Below are positions 31,299 to 41,432 of a DNA stretch of 64,000 nt, in pieces (the first letter of the stretch is position 1; the number at the start of each line of letters is the position of its first letter). Source of the DNA: a bacterium (GTDB lineage: Bacteria; Patescibacteriota; Minisyncoccia; Phycocordibacterales; CAIZLB01). The stretch covers positions 7,175 to 71,174 of the forward strand of contig JANOAN010000009.1 of the NCBI GenBank assembly GCA_031411135.1, in the 5' to 3' direction. The notes beneath the pieces were generated by a model. That model was not told the origin of the DNA and made no database searches. It saw nothing but the letters and a program-made list of their open reading frames with translations. A program made the position numbers and the translations under genes.

Positions 31299-31595
31299 CT
31301 ATACAAAGCGAATCTCTAATTTTTTATTAAAGGTTTCAGCAATTTTAGTTAAAGTTGATAGGCTTATATTTTCACTCCCACTCTCAATACGTGCAATATT
31401 GCTTTGAGTCATGTTTAATTTCTTGGCTAAAGCAAGTTGGGAAAGTCCAGCTTTTTTTCGAAGTAATAAAATAGCATACGCAGTTTCAAGTTGCCTGCCG
31501 TACATGTCGAAGAGGCGCTTGTTTTCGGGGTCTTTGAGCCAAATATTGAGTTCTTCATTAAAATCTGTAGCTTTTGTAAAATTTTTTTTATTCAT
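31299..31595 (-). CDS. XRE-family HTH antitoxin (HigA-like)
   Basis: LRKKAGLSQLALAKKLNMTQSNIARIESG; overlaps toxin stop. Confidence 0.88.
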   Translation of the reverse strand: MNKKNFTKATDFNEELNIWLKDPENKRLFDMYGRQLETAYAILLLRKKAGLSQLALAKKLNMTQSNIARIESGSENISLSTLTKIAETFNKKLEIRFV

Positions 31596-31950
31596 AGTTT
31601 TGAGGGTTATTTAAAGTATCGCAATAATGAGATAAAGATTTTTGTATTTCTCTCAGTGGTGTTTTGTCTGTTTTTTTAAGGAAAGCTGAAAGTAGAATTA
31701 TTTTCTTGTGGATAAACCCAAAATAAAATATTCTGTGTTGATTATGTCCAAAACTTACTCTTAACTCCCTTATTTTACCAACAATGTGTTTTGAATATGG
31801 TTCTTCGATGTATCCATTGGACATTTGTAAGAAGCGAATATACTTTTTAATTTTTGCTTGATTTTTATCATCCAAATTTAATATATATTCCTTAACAGGC
31901 TCTCGACCTGTTTTGCTGTTTTTATAATATTTTACTTCGTATTCATCCAT
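31588..31950 (-). CDS. RelE/ParE-family toxin (HigB/Gp49-like)
   Basis: PVKEYI, EPYSKHI..KIRELRV, RIFYF, LLSAFLKKT.KTP.REI. Confidence 0.88.
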   Translation of the reverse strand: MDEYEVKYYKNSKTGREPVKEYILNLDDKNQAKIKKYIRFLQMSNGYIEEPYSKHIVGKIRELRVSFGHNQHRIFYFGFIHKKIILLSAFLKKTDKTPLREIQKSLSHYCDTLNNPQNYE

Positions 31951-32099
31951 AAGTAGTATATATCCTATAAGATATATGTCAAATTAAAAAATAATTTCTA
32001 TTATGGATAAGAGAGATTAAATATAGATGAAGAAAGTATAAATTTTAATTACAAGGAAGCACCCATAAGGGTGCGGATACTATGGACTCATATTTAGGT

Positions 32100-32522
32100 C
32101 TAGAGATTCACTAACAATACCTTTGGCACTATACCCATGGCACGAGAAACCATAAGACGTGTATTCCCGCTTACAAGGTGCAGTGTTTCTCCAATTTTAA
32201 GTATGATGGGAGCGTCTAGACTCTCACCAATTTCCATTTTTATCTTTAAAGACTGCCAATCTCTATTTTCAGCATCAGCATGATATTTAACCATCCCCCA
32301 GTCTCCAGTTGGAATATCGTACGAGTCTGTGTTTTCCAACTTAACCCACTCCTCCTCTGAAAGTGGAACTAGTTCTGAAACTTTAGCGGTCGCCATAAAA
32401 CTAGATACAAAACCACTTGCATTTTTTCTTGCAAAAACTCCCGCAACTCTTTCTATCTCACCTACTTCACTTTCGAGTTTAGGTAATATAAATATATCTT
32501 TAAAACTTTCTTTAGTTTCCAT
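32100..32522 (-). CDS. ParB/Srx N-terminal-like domain protein
   Basis: APIIL...LHLVSGNTRL motif. Confidence 0.6.
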   Translation of the reverse strand: METKESFKDIFILPKLESEVGEIERVAGVFARKNASGFVSSFMATAKVSELVPLSEEEWVKLENTDSYDIPTGDWGMVKYHADAENRDWQSLKIKMEIGESLDAPIILKIGETLHLVSGNTRLMVSRAMGIVPKVLLVNL

Positions 32523-32552
32523 ACCTAAAGTATATCAAATTTTTCTTACAAC

Positions 32553-32873
32553 CTACCGCATCGCCACAGTCTTCAAAATCTCCTTCGTCACAAACGACAC
32601 CCTCGCCGGCTGATCAAAACCCAAAGCCTTCGCACTCTCCATAGTAATAGAACCCTTTGACTTTATATATTCAAATTCTTTCTCACCTAATTGTGAGTTG
32701 ATAGTCACAATTTCATCCTGCATTTTTTCACGAGCAGCCACATTCCAAATAGTCTTGTTTATGAAATACATATAAGTGAGTCCGAGCAGAATTATAATCG
32801 CAACCATCGTCCAAAAAACGCTTTTTGAAATTTTTTCTATTTTTTTGATTGCTTGTACTGCTTGTTCGGTCAT
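32553..32873 (-). CDS. ftsL: Cell division protein FtsL-like
   Basis: TM + coiled coil + AKALGF; follows rsmH. Confidence 0.7.
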   Translation of the reverse strand: MTEQAVQAIKKIEKISKSVFWTMVAIIILLGLTYMYFINKTIWNVAAREKMQDEIVTINSQLGEKEFEYIKSKGSITMESAKALGFDQPARVSFVTKEILKTVAMR

Positions 32874-32885
32874 TTTATTTTGTTT

Positions 32886-33803
32886 TTAAATTTTTTCTAT
32901 TATTCTTAATTTGGCGCTTCTTGAACGTGGGTTCTCCTTCATCTCCTCCTCGCTCGGAACTATTGGCTTTTTAGTAATGATGTAAACTTTTCCTTCCTCT
33001 TCTTCCTTTTTAAAATATTGTTTGACGATCCTGTCTTCTAAACTGTGATATGAGATGACTGCGAGGCGTCCTTTGGGTTTAAGTATCTGAACCGCTCCCT
33101 CAAGTCCTTGTGACAATGTTGTAAGTTCATCGTTCACCGCCATCCTTAGTGCCTGAAAAGTCTTTGTTGCTGGATGAATGCGACCGAAACGAAGCATTGA
33201 CGGGTATGTACTTCGGATTAAATCTGCCAATTGTTTTGCTGTCTTGATCGGCGACTCATCTCTTGTCTCAACAATTCTTCTGGCTATTCTGCCTGCGAAC
33301 TTTTCCTCTCCATAACTTTTAATAATCGTTTCAATCTGATCTACTGACCAATTGTTTACAATGTCGGCTGCGGTAAAATTGTATTTATCACGAGCCCCAA
33401 AAGTCATTTCGAGCGGATCTTCGCTCTTGAATGAAAAACCTCGTCCGCCTTCTTCCAATTCATACGAGCTAAGTCCGAGATCAAAGAGGACTGCGTCCAC
33501 CGACGAGCCGGCTGTGACTTTTTCCAAGGCTTCTCGAACCAACTCGGCAATGTTAGCGAAGTTGTCTTGGCAATAATGGATTTTGGATTGTTTTTTTGAT
33601 GCATGTTTTTCTAAGTTATCTTTTGCGCGTTTTAATGCTTCTGGATCTAAATCAATTCCTATGATTGTTACATCCCCTTTTGTTCTTTTTAAAACCTCTT
33701 CACTGTGCCCCCCATCTCCGAGATTACAATCAACAAATATTGAACCCTTCTTGATGGCTAGTTCATCTACCACTTGTTTTAAAAGTACGGGAGTGTGCCT
33801 CAT
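32886..33803 (-). CDS. rsmH: 16S rRNA m4C1402 methyltransferase
   Basis: HTPVLL, DCNLGDGGHS, DLGLSS, HPATKTFQALRMAVN, NPRSRSAKLR. Confidence 0.97.
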   Translation of the reverse strand: MRHTPVLLKQVVDELAIKKGSIFVDCNLGDGGHSEEVLKRTKGDVTIIGIDLDPEALKRAKDNLEKHASKKQSKIHYCQDNFANIAELVREALEKVTAGSSVDAVLFDLGLSSYELEEGGRGFSFKSEDPLEMTFGARDKYNFTAADIVNNWSVDQIETIIKSYGEEKFAGRIARRIVETRDESPIKTAKQLADLIRSTYPSMLRFGRIHPATKTFQALRMAVNDELTTLSQGLEGAVQILKPKGRLAVISYHSLEDRIVKQYFKKEEEEGKVYIITKKPIVPSEEEMKENPRSRSAKLRIIEKI

Positions 33804-33807
33804 AGGT

Positions 33808-34242
33808 TTAGATCACGCCGATCTCTCCTAATTTCTGAGCCAAATGGTCGGCCTGTTTAAGGACTTTAGATTTGTATTCCTTCCATCGTCCTTCGTCCCA
33901 AATTTCCACTCGGCTATGAACTCCTGCGAAAACTACTTTGTTATCGATACCAGCAAATTGGCGAAGAAAATCGGGAATTAAGATTCGGCCAATTGCATCG
34001 ATTTCAATTTCAACGGCGCCTGCAAGCATGATGCGATTAAATCCGCGCGTGTCTGCCTGCCCCATCGATAAACTTCCTAGTTTTTCGGAGATTTTATTCC
34101 ACTCTTTTAACGGATACATGAATAGACAGTTATCGAGACCGTGAGTCACAACAACTTTTTTACCTATCTCTTTGCGGAACTTTGATGGCATTGAGATACG
34201 TTTCTTTTCATCTTGGGAGTGTGTATATTCGCCGATCAACAT
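33808..34242 (-). CDS. mraZ: Division/cell wall cluster regulator MraZ
   Basis: GEYTHSQDEKKR, DAIGRILIP, RVEIWD. Confidence 0.96.
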   Translation of the reverse strand: MLIGEYTHSQDEKKRISMPSKFRKEIGKKVVVTHGLDNCLFMYPLKEWNKISEKLGSLSMGQADTRGFNRIMLAGAVEIEIDAIGRILIPDFLRQFAGIDNKVVFAGVHSRVEIWDEGRWKEYKSKVLKQADHLAQKLGEIGVI

Positions 34243-34302
34243 AGAAGCGTTTTATAAAGATTTTGAGAAGCTTACTTAAGGCTTTTCGTGGCTCTTTAAA
34301 TT

Positions 34303-34340
34303 TACCACTTCTTCCCACTTAGTTACCATTTTATCCCACA
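34303..34340 (-). promoter_or_regulatory. MraZ-binding (dcw box) direct repeats
   Basis: Four (G/A)TGG cores at ~10-nt spacing upstream of mraZ. Confidence 0.75.
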
Positions 34341-34466
34341 TGAATACCCTTTGCAAACACAAAAGCCCACTGGAAGGTGGATAACTTGGAACTATTGCAA
34401 AAAGCAGGACTAAGTGTAGTATTTTCTTCGGGAAATCGAGGAAAGGAAATTCAACAAAAATCGACA

Positions 34467-34598
34467 ATGCCTCGTCATAGAAAAAAACCAAAACCACGCA
34501 GAACCATACCAAAACCGAAGAAACGTAGGCCGTCTCGCAAATCTGAGCCGAGGGGCGAGCACTTCGATCCCAAATTGCCTTGGGAGCCGGACAAGTAA
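34467..34598 (+). CDS. 43-aa Lys/Arg/Pro-rich basic peptide
   Basis: MPRHRKKPKPRRTIPKPKKRRPSRK...; own TTGCAA..TAGTAT promoter. Confidence 0.5.
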   Translation: MPRHRKKPKPRRTIPKPKKRRPSRKSEPRGEHFDPKLPWEPDK

Positions 34599-34771
34599 GC
34601 TCAAATTGGGACAAATGGCAGTAACGAGACCCTTCGAAAACAATACCGACGTGTCACTTCTTCCAGAAGGCAGGCATAAGCAGTGAACCAACCCGTCAAC
34701 TTGCAAATGAACCTAAAATAGTTACCATTTGCTAAGGGAAATCGAGAAGTAAAACTTCAACCAAGTACATC

Positions 34772-34913
34772 ATGGGATCAATAAAAAAAACGGACTGTGA
34801 AACCAAAGCAGAAAAAAACACAGAAGCGTAAGCTTCCGCGTCGCGGACAACTCCGAGAAGATCAGTGTGCCTCTGAGGCATGCGTCGCCGGGATGCCCCA
34901 GCATCCGGACTGA
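34772..34913 (+). pseudogene. Second basic peptide gene interrupted in an A8 run (or starting at GTG 34797)
   Basis: Duplicated promoter/leader; removing one A at 34783-34790 gives MGSIKKRTVKPKQKKTQKRKLPRRG... Confidence 0.4.
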
Positions 34914-34928
34914 ACACCCCCCCAAATC

Positions 34929-34977
34929 AAAAACACCCCCGCGCGACCTGATGGTCTCGCGGGTGGTTTTGTTTTTA
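34929..34977. terminator. Bidirectional terminator
   Basis: CCCGCG..GACC-loop-GGTC..CGCGGG with T run. Confidence 0.65.
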
Positions 34978-34987
34978 AAATTACTTA

Positions 34988-35329
34988 TTATGACTGTGCT
35001 TCTCCTCCATATTCTTTCCCCTCTTCCATTGCAGGTCTAACGGCAATAATAGTAATAAATTTTGTGGCTGGATTGAGACCACCATAACCTTCTGACACAA
35101 CACCCATTACTTTTTCATTTGTAGGCACTTCCATTTCTCCATCATCTATTCCTCTTGTACCTGGATCTGCCTCTAAAGTGTCGAATTTAAAATGTTCAAA
35201 ACCGTCCTTTAAAGCTTTTTCCATTTCTCGTCTTATAGGAGCAAGACTTGTTTCACTTACTGTAAAAGGGATTCGGGCTAAAACTTCATCAATCGCTGGG
35301 ACACTACTTACAAGTTCGTGGTGGTTCAT
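34988..35329 (-). CDS. Hypothetical protein
   Basis: 113-aa ORF downstream of lysS. Confidence 0.6.
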   Translation of the reverse strand: MNHHELVSSVPAIDEVLARIPFTVSETSLAPIRREMEKALKDGFEHFKFDTLEADPGTRGIDDGEMEVPTNEKVMGVVSEGYGGLNPATKFITIIAVRPAMEEGKEYGGEAQS

Positions 35330-35383
35330 ATTTGTATATGCATTAAATTAATAACTTTATTCTAAACCCTCAATAACAACAGG

Positions 35384-37006
35384 TCAAACCACCTCCCCAA
35401 ACCTCTTTACCAAAAACTCCCTATCAATGACACTTAAAAACCAACCTGCTTTTGGACCGCTTTTCTTTCCCAACACCGATAAATAAATCGCCTCAAAAAA
35501 TTCTTTTGGATTTATCTGCGTAGACTCTTTAATTTCATGTAGTTTTGAGTGCATCGCCTGACCTTCTATAACGTCAACCGATTTTAAATATTCCAATACC
35601 ATGGAGATGGCTTTTTTCTGAGTATCATTCAAAGTAATACCATCTGGCAACTTTTCCTGAATCGCAAATTGATAATCCTCTGGAGCGTACGTATCAATCC
35701 AAACTTGGGCATAATGTAATCGCTTCTTAAGCTCTTTTTTATCCTCATCTGATAGTGGATGCCCAACTAAATGTTCTGCTTCTTTTTCAATATCCAAGTG
35801 TCGCATCTGTGAAAGGAATGCAATTTGCGAAAATCTAGGCAAAGCTCTTGCAATAATCACCTCTCCTTTTGGATGTATCAACTTGAACATTCTGCTGTAG
35901 TCATCCTCAATCTTTGCAAAATATCCTGTTGCAAACTTATCATATGTATCAAAAAGAATTGCTACAGTATCGCCTTCAGGATCAAATTCAATTGTGCGCT
36001 GTGGTTCTTTTTGGAGCATTAACAGTCTAACAATTTCTGCAGGGAGCAAATCCACAATGTCCTTGGAAAATGAACCTCGTCCTTTTGATGAAGACATTTT
36101 CTTTCCAGCAATATTAAAAAATTCGTAAGGAATATTGTATGGAGGTTCATACCCAAAAACTTCTCTGGCTATAGTTTCTGCTACATCACGAGACCCACCC
36201 TTCGTAGAGTGATCTTTTCCACCACCTTCAATATGAACCCCTACAATTCCAAATTTGGCAGCCCATTCTAATTTCCACGGTAATTTTGCACGTCCGTTGT
36301 ATGGAGAAACAGAGCCTTTATGTCCACAGCCAGTAGTCCAATCTAAATCTCGACATACATACTGAACCATCTCTGAATATTCACCTTCTCCTGTTGTAAA
36401 ATCCTCTGCGAGAGTAGTGGAAACTTTTCCACAATTTTCACAGATAACATTTACAGGAAGCCACTTGCCCTCTTTTACAGATCCGGAAACACTTTTGTAA
36501 ATTTCTCTTATCTTCTCTCCATTTTTTAGAGTTAGTTGAATTGCTCGATTATAATCTCCTCTCTTGTATAAATCAGAAGAACGGTAAATTTCAGGAGTGA
36601 ATCCAATAGCTTTAACTACTTCGACAAACTCTCCTCCAAAATATTCCGCAAAGTTTTTTCCTACAGGAATATTTTTACTATTAGGATCATTGTTTGTTTC
36701 TGGTGTTGGAGACGGCACATCACATAGCGGCTTGCCTAAAAATGGCTTGAAAGTTTTTTCATCTAAGTAAACCGGTAACCCATCCATAGGATCAAAGTCA
36801 TTTATTTCAAAAAGATATTTATGTGGTATTCCGACTTCTTCAAGTACTTCTGCCACAATCCCGTGAATTGCCACACCTCGAAGAGATCCGACATGAACCC
36901 GACCAGAAGCGGTTTTTTCATCACGAATAATAAGCGGCTTACCACTTGCAATAACATCTTTATATTTTTCCCTTACCTCATTGATTATTTTGTCTGGCCA
37001 ATACAT
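35384..37006 (-). CDS. lysS: Lysine--tRNA ligase, class I
   Basis: MYWPD, SGRVHVG, KLPWKLEWAAK, EGGGKDH, KMSSSKG. Confidence 0.95.
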   Translation of the reverse strand: MYWPDKIINEVREKYKDVIASGKPLIIRDEKTASGRVHVGSLRGVAIHGIVAEVLEEVGIPHKYLFEINDFDPMDGLPVYLDEKTFKPFLGKPLCDVPSPTPETNNDPNSKNIPVGKNFAEYFGGEFVEVVKAIGFTPEIYRSSDLYKRGDYNRAIQLTLKNGEKIREIYKSVSGSVKEGKWLPVNVICENCGKVSTTLAEDFTTGEGEYSEMVQYVCRDLDWTTGCGHKGSVSPYNGRAKLPWKLEWAAKFGIVGVHIEGGGKDHSTKGGSRDVAETIAREVFGYEPPYNIPYEFFNIAGKKMSSSKGRGSFSKDIVDLLPAEIVRLLMLQKEPQRTIEFDPEGDTVAILFDTYDKFATGYFAKIEDDYSRMFKLIHPKGEVIIARALPRFSQIAFLSQMRHLDIEKEAEHLVGHPLSDEDKKELKKRLHYAQVWIDTYAPEDYQFAIQEKLPDGITLNDTQKKAISMVLEYLKSVDVIEGQAMHSKLHEIKESTQINPKEFFEAIYLSVLGKKSGPKAGWFLSVIDREFLVKRFGEVV

Positions 37007-37010
37007 ATTA

Positions 37011-37994
37011 TTACATACCCGTGTTAGGTTGCTGTGGTGGGACACTTACTACAGGAACGGGATTCTGCGGAGGTGGCACGTCATTATTTGGGACAGAAGG
37101 AGCAGGAGTGCCGATGTATTGTGACTTTCCATAACCTAAAATCGGAATAAAAATGAATGGTAAGAAAATAGTACCAATCAAAAACCCAGTTCCCTTTCCA
37201 AAAGCTTTGAGGAAGTGACTAAGCGCAATGATTGCTATGACAAAGTTTACAAACGGTATAAACATTAATAACACCCACCAAGTTGGCAAACCTCCAATTT
37301 CAAGCATGATTACAATGTTGTATATAGGCACAATTGAAGCCCATCCAGGTTTTCCCGCCTTATTAAAGGTCTTCCACATTGGTACAACACCTAAAAATAT
37401 CCCTACTATTAATGCGAGGAGTAGAGGAATTATGAAAAATCCCGTGAATGCCAAAATCGAAAAAGCACCCGCATCCATTGTATATTTTGTCTTTGTTGCA
37501 GTTACCTGATTTTGTGGATCTTTAGCATCAGAAGAACTTGTTTCAGTTGTTCCACTAATTTGACTCTTTAAGTCTTTTACCAGAGTATACAAATCCGTAT
37601 CCAACAACTTCCACTCTTTTCCTTCCATTACAAAAGTAAAATATATGACCTGTGTATAGGGATTATTTTTGTCATCTTTTATATTTATATTTGCAGTGGT
37701 AGAAACTTCAACCTCAGAATTCGCACTATCTTCGAAACTTACATCTGAAAAGGTTAGCTTATAACCTTCCATTTTAAATGGTGTGACCATAAAAATGTCG
37801 CTCGGAAGCTCTGGGTCTGCATTTTTTGAAAGAATAGCCCTGACACTAGCGTGATCGCTTGTGGTAAAGCTTTCAGCAATGATATCTAGCCTTGATTTGA
37901 TTGTGACTTCATCAGTATTTGAAATTGCTAGCGCTGACCCTGTTACTCCAAAGGAAATTACCAATGTTAAAAAAGCTGTTAAAAATTTTTTCAT
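37011..37994 (-). CDS. Secreted/membrane protein with C-terminal DUF5684-like domain
   Basis: Signal peptide; WKTFNKAGKPGWASIVPIYN...FGKGTGF; Pro-rich tail. Confidence 0.8.
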   Translation of the reverse strand: MKKFLTAFLTLVISFGVTGSALAISNTDEVTIKSRLDIIAESFTTSDHASVRAILSKNADPELPSDIFMVTPFKMEGYKLTFSDVSFEDSANSEVEVSTTANINIKDDKNNPYTQVIYFTFVMEGKEWKLLDTDLYTLVKDLKSQISGTTETSSSDAKDPQNQVTATKTKYTMDAGAFSILAFTGFFIIPLLLALIVGIFLGVVPMWKTFNKAGKPGWASIVPIYNIVIMLEIGGLPTWWVLLMFIPFVNFVIAIIALSHFLKAFGKGTGFLIGTIFLPFIFIPILGYGKSQYIGTPAPSVPNNDVPPPQNPVPVVSVPPQQPNTGM

Positions 37995-38043
37995 AGATTT
38001 ATATACAATGTTTAATACAAATATTGTATATTATTGCTTGTTT

Positions 38044-38508
38044 TTACTCAATAGAAACAACAGTATACTTTGCAGCACCAGAAGGAGTGCTAAAAGTAAA
38101 CGACTCACCTTTCTTTTTCCCCATCAGTGCGTGCCCTAGTGGTGACTTGAAAGAAATTTTTCCAGTTTTCATATCAGATTCCTCAGATCCAACAAGTGTG
38201 TAAGTCTTTGTAGCTGATTCAGTTCCCTTTTTTACAACCACCGTTGAACCAACCTCAACAACACTACTGTGGTGTGCTGTGACAATTTCAGCATGAGCCA
38301 AGACATTCTCTAAAACAGAGATTCTGTCCTCGACTGTTGCTTGCGCTTCACGTGCTTCTTGATATTCTGCATTTTCAGATAAATCTCCTAGAGACTTGGC
38401 ATACTCTAGTTCTTTTGCAACCTCCTTTCTCTTAACGGTCTTTAACTGTTCTAGTTCCGCCGTTAATTCCTTGAAACGCTCTTTTGTAAGATATTCTTTT
38501 TGCGACAT
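38044..38508 (-). CDS. greA: Transcription elongation factor GreA
   Basis: GDLSENAEY, ISFKSPLG; start refined to MSQKEYLT. Confidence 0.96.
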   Translation of the reverse strand: MSQKEYLTKERFKELTAELEQLKTVKRKEVAKELEYAKSLGDLSENAEYQEAREAQATVEDRISVLENVLAHAEIVTAHHSSVVEVGSTVVVKKGTESATKTYTLVGSEESDMKTGKISFKSPLGHALMGKKKGESFTFSTPSGAAKYTVVSIE

Positions 38509-38633
38509 TTTGGTTATGGTAATTAACCTTCCACCATCCAATTTACTTTTATTAATTGCCGACATTGTATTACTTTTTAAGCCTAGCGTAAAGACTATAC
38601 GCTTTGATTAAGTCATTGTTGAATATATAATCA

Positions 38634-40436
38634 TTATCTGCCTATATCATTAGAAGGAATTTCTACAATTGTACTTGTTGATGCAGTAGAAGTGGAAACC
38701 ACCTCACTCTTTCCGAACGGTTTTGATAGACCTACATATTCTGGCTTGTTCATTGCTATCCAATCCACAAATTCCCGCATGGCAACGGAAGCGCCAATAG
38801 TATTTGATGAAGGTGAGCGCTCTAACATGATAACAAAGCTGTATTTTGGACTCTCGTATGGGAAGAAGCCAATAACCGCAGAATTTATAAACTGATTTGA
38901 AACACCAACCTGAGCTGTCCCTGTCTTGGCTGCGATTTTGACATATGGAACGTTCAATATCTTTGCGGTCCCCATCGTGACAGTCATTCGCATACCATCG
39001 TGGATAATTCCAAAATTTTTTGAACTATCTAAAGGAAGCTGTTCAAATACTTTTCCGGAAGAATTGGGATCATCCTTGGCAATAATTGAAGGCATAATAA
39101 GCTGTCCTTTTGTGGCAATAGCAGAAACTGCACGCAAAGCTTGTATTGGTGTTAGCTGGAATCCATATTGACCAATAGATGTGTTGTACGTATCTCCCAC
39201 TCTCCAAATTTCTCCATTAAAGTTTTTAGCTTTCCATTCAATTGATGGGATAACCCCGTCACTTCCTGAAAAGAAATTATTCTCAGGTGATTCTCCAAGC
39301 CCAAACATGCGCGCATATTTTTCTAGGTTAGCGATACCAAGACCCTTCTGATCCTTGAAACCTCCACCGATTTCATAAAAATAAATATCGGATGAAACTG
39401 CAATCGCCTCTTGCATATTTGTCCAACCGTTAGCACGCCAGTCTTTAAACACTGTAAACTCTCCTGGTTTGAATGGGTTTGGCACTTTCAATTCTCCGGT
39501 ACTTAAGATTTTCTTATCTGGAGAGATAATATTTTCTACCAAGGCGGCTAGTGCAAAAATTGGTTTTACAATTGAACCTGGAGCATAGAGACCCGAACTT
39601 AAACGATCAAGGAAGGGTTTCGCTTTGCTTGTTTGGTATTCATTAATAGTTGCGACATCTGATGCGTCCGACATAACATTCGAGTTGTATTCTGGGTAAG
39701 AAACTGCAGCAATCATCTCTCCGGTATTTAAATCCATAAGCGCCCCTGATCCTCCAACATATCCTGCTCTCCTTGCTGTTTGAGCCAAAACTTTATACAA
39801 AGCCTCCTGCATCTCTACATCAATCGATATTTTTATATTATCCCCCTTCTTTTCAGGCTTGACGACTGAGTCTGTTACTGGATTACCCTGTACATCTGTC
39901 TCCGTTATTTTGAGTCCATTTTCTCCAGCTAAGATACTGTCAAAATATTTTTCTACACCATCCTCTCCAGAATAAGCTGTGTTGTAGTAAAATCCTGATC
40001 TGTCCTTCTTTGGGTACTTAACATAACCGCTGAGAATATGTGTTCCTAAAGCTTCTCTGTATGATCTTTTTACAAAGTCTGAAAAATCTGGGTCAATGGT
40101 ATTCCAAGCAAGAAGCTCCCCGTTTCGATCATAAATGACCCCGCGTTCTCCGAAAATAAGTGATCGCTGTAAGCGGTTATTCTCTGCAATATTTTTATAG
40201 TAAGCGCCCTTAACGATTTCTAGCTGTCCAAGTCTATACAAATAAGCACCACCAATGGCAAGAAAAAGAACTATCAAGAAATATATCGTGCGTCTATTGA
40301 TAGGCTTTTCAATTCTCCCTTCGAATTGGTCAGTATCAAAGTCTGGCAAGTTTGAAGAATCGAGGAAAATCTCGTCTGGATCGAGGGCTTCGTATTTTTT
40401 TTTCTTTCTAAAAAACTTAACAGAGAAAGTTGGCAT
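38634..40436 (-). CDS. mrdA: Penicillin-binding protein 2
   Basis: ERGVIYDRNG, YAPGSIVK, SSD, KTGTAQ; in mreBC(D) operon. Confidence 0.9.
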   Translation of the reverse strand: MPTFSVKFFRKKKKYEALDPDEIFLDSSNLPDFDTDQFEGRIEKPINRRTIYFLIVLFLAIGGAYLYRLGQLEIVKGAYYKNIAENNRLQRSLIFGERGVIYDRNGELLAWNTIDPDFSDFVKRSYREALGTHILSGYVKYPKKDRSGFYYNTAYSGEDGVEKYFDSILAGENGLKITETDVQGNPVTDSVVKPEKKGDNIKISIDVEMQEALYKVLAQTARRAGYVGGSGALMDLNTGEMIAAVSYPEYNSNVMSDASDVATINEYQTSKAKPFLDRLSSGLYAPGSIVKPIFALAALVENIISPDKKILSTGELKVPNPFKPGEFTVFKDWRANGWTNMQEAIAVSSDIYFYEIGGGFKDQKGLGIANLEKYARMFGLGESPENNFFSGSDGVIPSIEWKAKNFNGEIWRVGDTYNTSIGQYGFQLTPIQALRAVSAIATKGQLIMPSIIAKDDPNSSGKVFEQLPLDSSKNFGIIHDGMRMTVTMGTAKILNVPYVKIAAKTGTAQVGVSNQFINSAVIGFFPYESPKYSFVIMLERSPSSNTIGASVAMREFVDWIAMNKPEYVGLSKPFGKSEVVSTSTASTSTIVEIPSNDIGR

Positions 40437-40438
40437 GC

Positions 40439-40711
40439 TTAGATTCTAATCCTTTTCTTAATCAAATCAAAGATGACAAAAATACAAGTCATGGTCAAAG
40501 TAAACGGCCACCTTAGTATAAAGACATGCTGATTTAGTACAAAAGGACTTGCATAAAGGAGGTCAGCTGCGAATCCGACAAAAATAGCAAAAAAATACTT
40601 GTCAAAAATCCACATAGAGATAATCAACACAATACCAAAGACCCACCATGGAAATACAAAGATTGAAGCGAGAAGAAAAATATTAAAAATTACTCGGGAC
40701 AATTTCGACAT
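40439..40711 (-). CDS. Small membrane protein at the MreD position
   Basis: 90 aa, 3 TM, GFAADLL; between mreC and mrdA. Confidence 0.65.
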   Translation of the reverse strand: MSKLSRVIFNIFLLASIFVFPWWVFGIVLIISMWIFDKYFFAIFVGFAADLLYASPFVLNQHVFILRWPFTLTMTCIFVIFDLIKKRIRI

Positions 40712-41432
40712 ATCGAATAGAATAAATTGGAACTAATGATTTGAAGAGAACGTAGGCGAAAGCGTCTCCCACAACAGAATCGACCTTGTTTACCGTACCT
40801 AGAAGAATATTCTGCATCGACGGCCAGATTACAGGATCACCAACGTTGATTTTTGATTCACTTGGGACCTTTATATAGAAGTTTCCTCCACCCCTACCTT
40901 CTGATGCAACGGCCTCTGAAGAGGTTCCCACATAAACTTCTTGGCGTTGACCTGAGGAAGAATACAGAGTAACAACTGATGTGCGAGGAAAGACCGCAGT
41001 AACATAGCCGATAAGGACGTCTGCGCTGGCAAAGACTAGGTCGTCTACTTGGATACCGTTATCTGTACCGCCGTTTACGACAATTGAATCATAGGGGGAA
41101 AACGGCGGCCTTTGTGCAACTGAAAAAAGACTTCCTTTTGGACGCTTTACATTCATTCCATCATTTGCATTTAAAAATTCTTTTAAACCTTCATTCTCTG
41201 ACTCGAGTGCAGTAATTTTAGCATTCAGATACTGAGGATCTTGATTTTCTTCGGTGTATTGTGGTTCTGACTTGTTAAAATTAAAAATATTTTTTACCCA
41301 CATAATTCCAGAAACTAAACTTTCTGAAAACAAGCTTCCTAGTACAATCAACAATATACCCATGATCACGCCGACAACTCGATCGCGACCTAAAAATTTC
41401 TTTTTTCGTCTATCGGTTTGGAGGTAGCTCAT
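40683..41432 (-). CDS. mreC: Rod shape-determining protein MreC
   Basis: TM, coiled coil ENEGLK, NGGTDNGIQ; follows mreB. Confidence 0.85.
   Translation of the reverse strand: MSYLQTDRRKKKFLGRDRVVGVIMGILLIVLGSLFSESLVSGIMWVKNIFNFNKSEPQYTEENQDPQYLNAKITALESENEGLKEFLNANDGMNVKRPKGSLFSVAQRPPFSPYDSIVVNGGTDNGIQVDDLVFASADVLIGYVTAVFPRTSVVTLYSSSGQRQEVYVGTSSEAVASEGRGGGNFYIKVPSESKINVGDPVIWPSMQNILLGTVNKVDSVVGDAFAYVLFKSLVPIYSIRYVEIVPSNF

Noticed and set aside
38070-38095. GAGTGCTAA half of a CIRCE element
   Set aside because: Inside greA, left half absent, and not upstream of grpE/dnaK.
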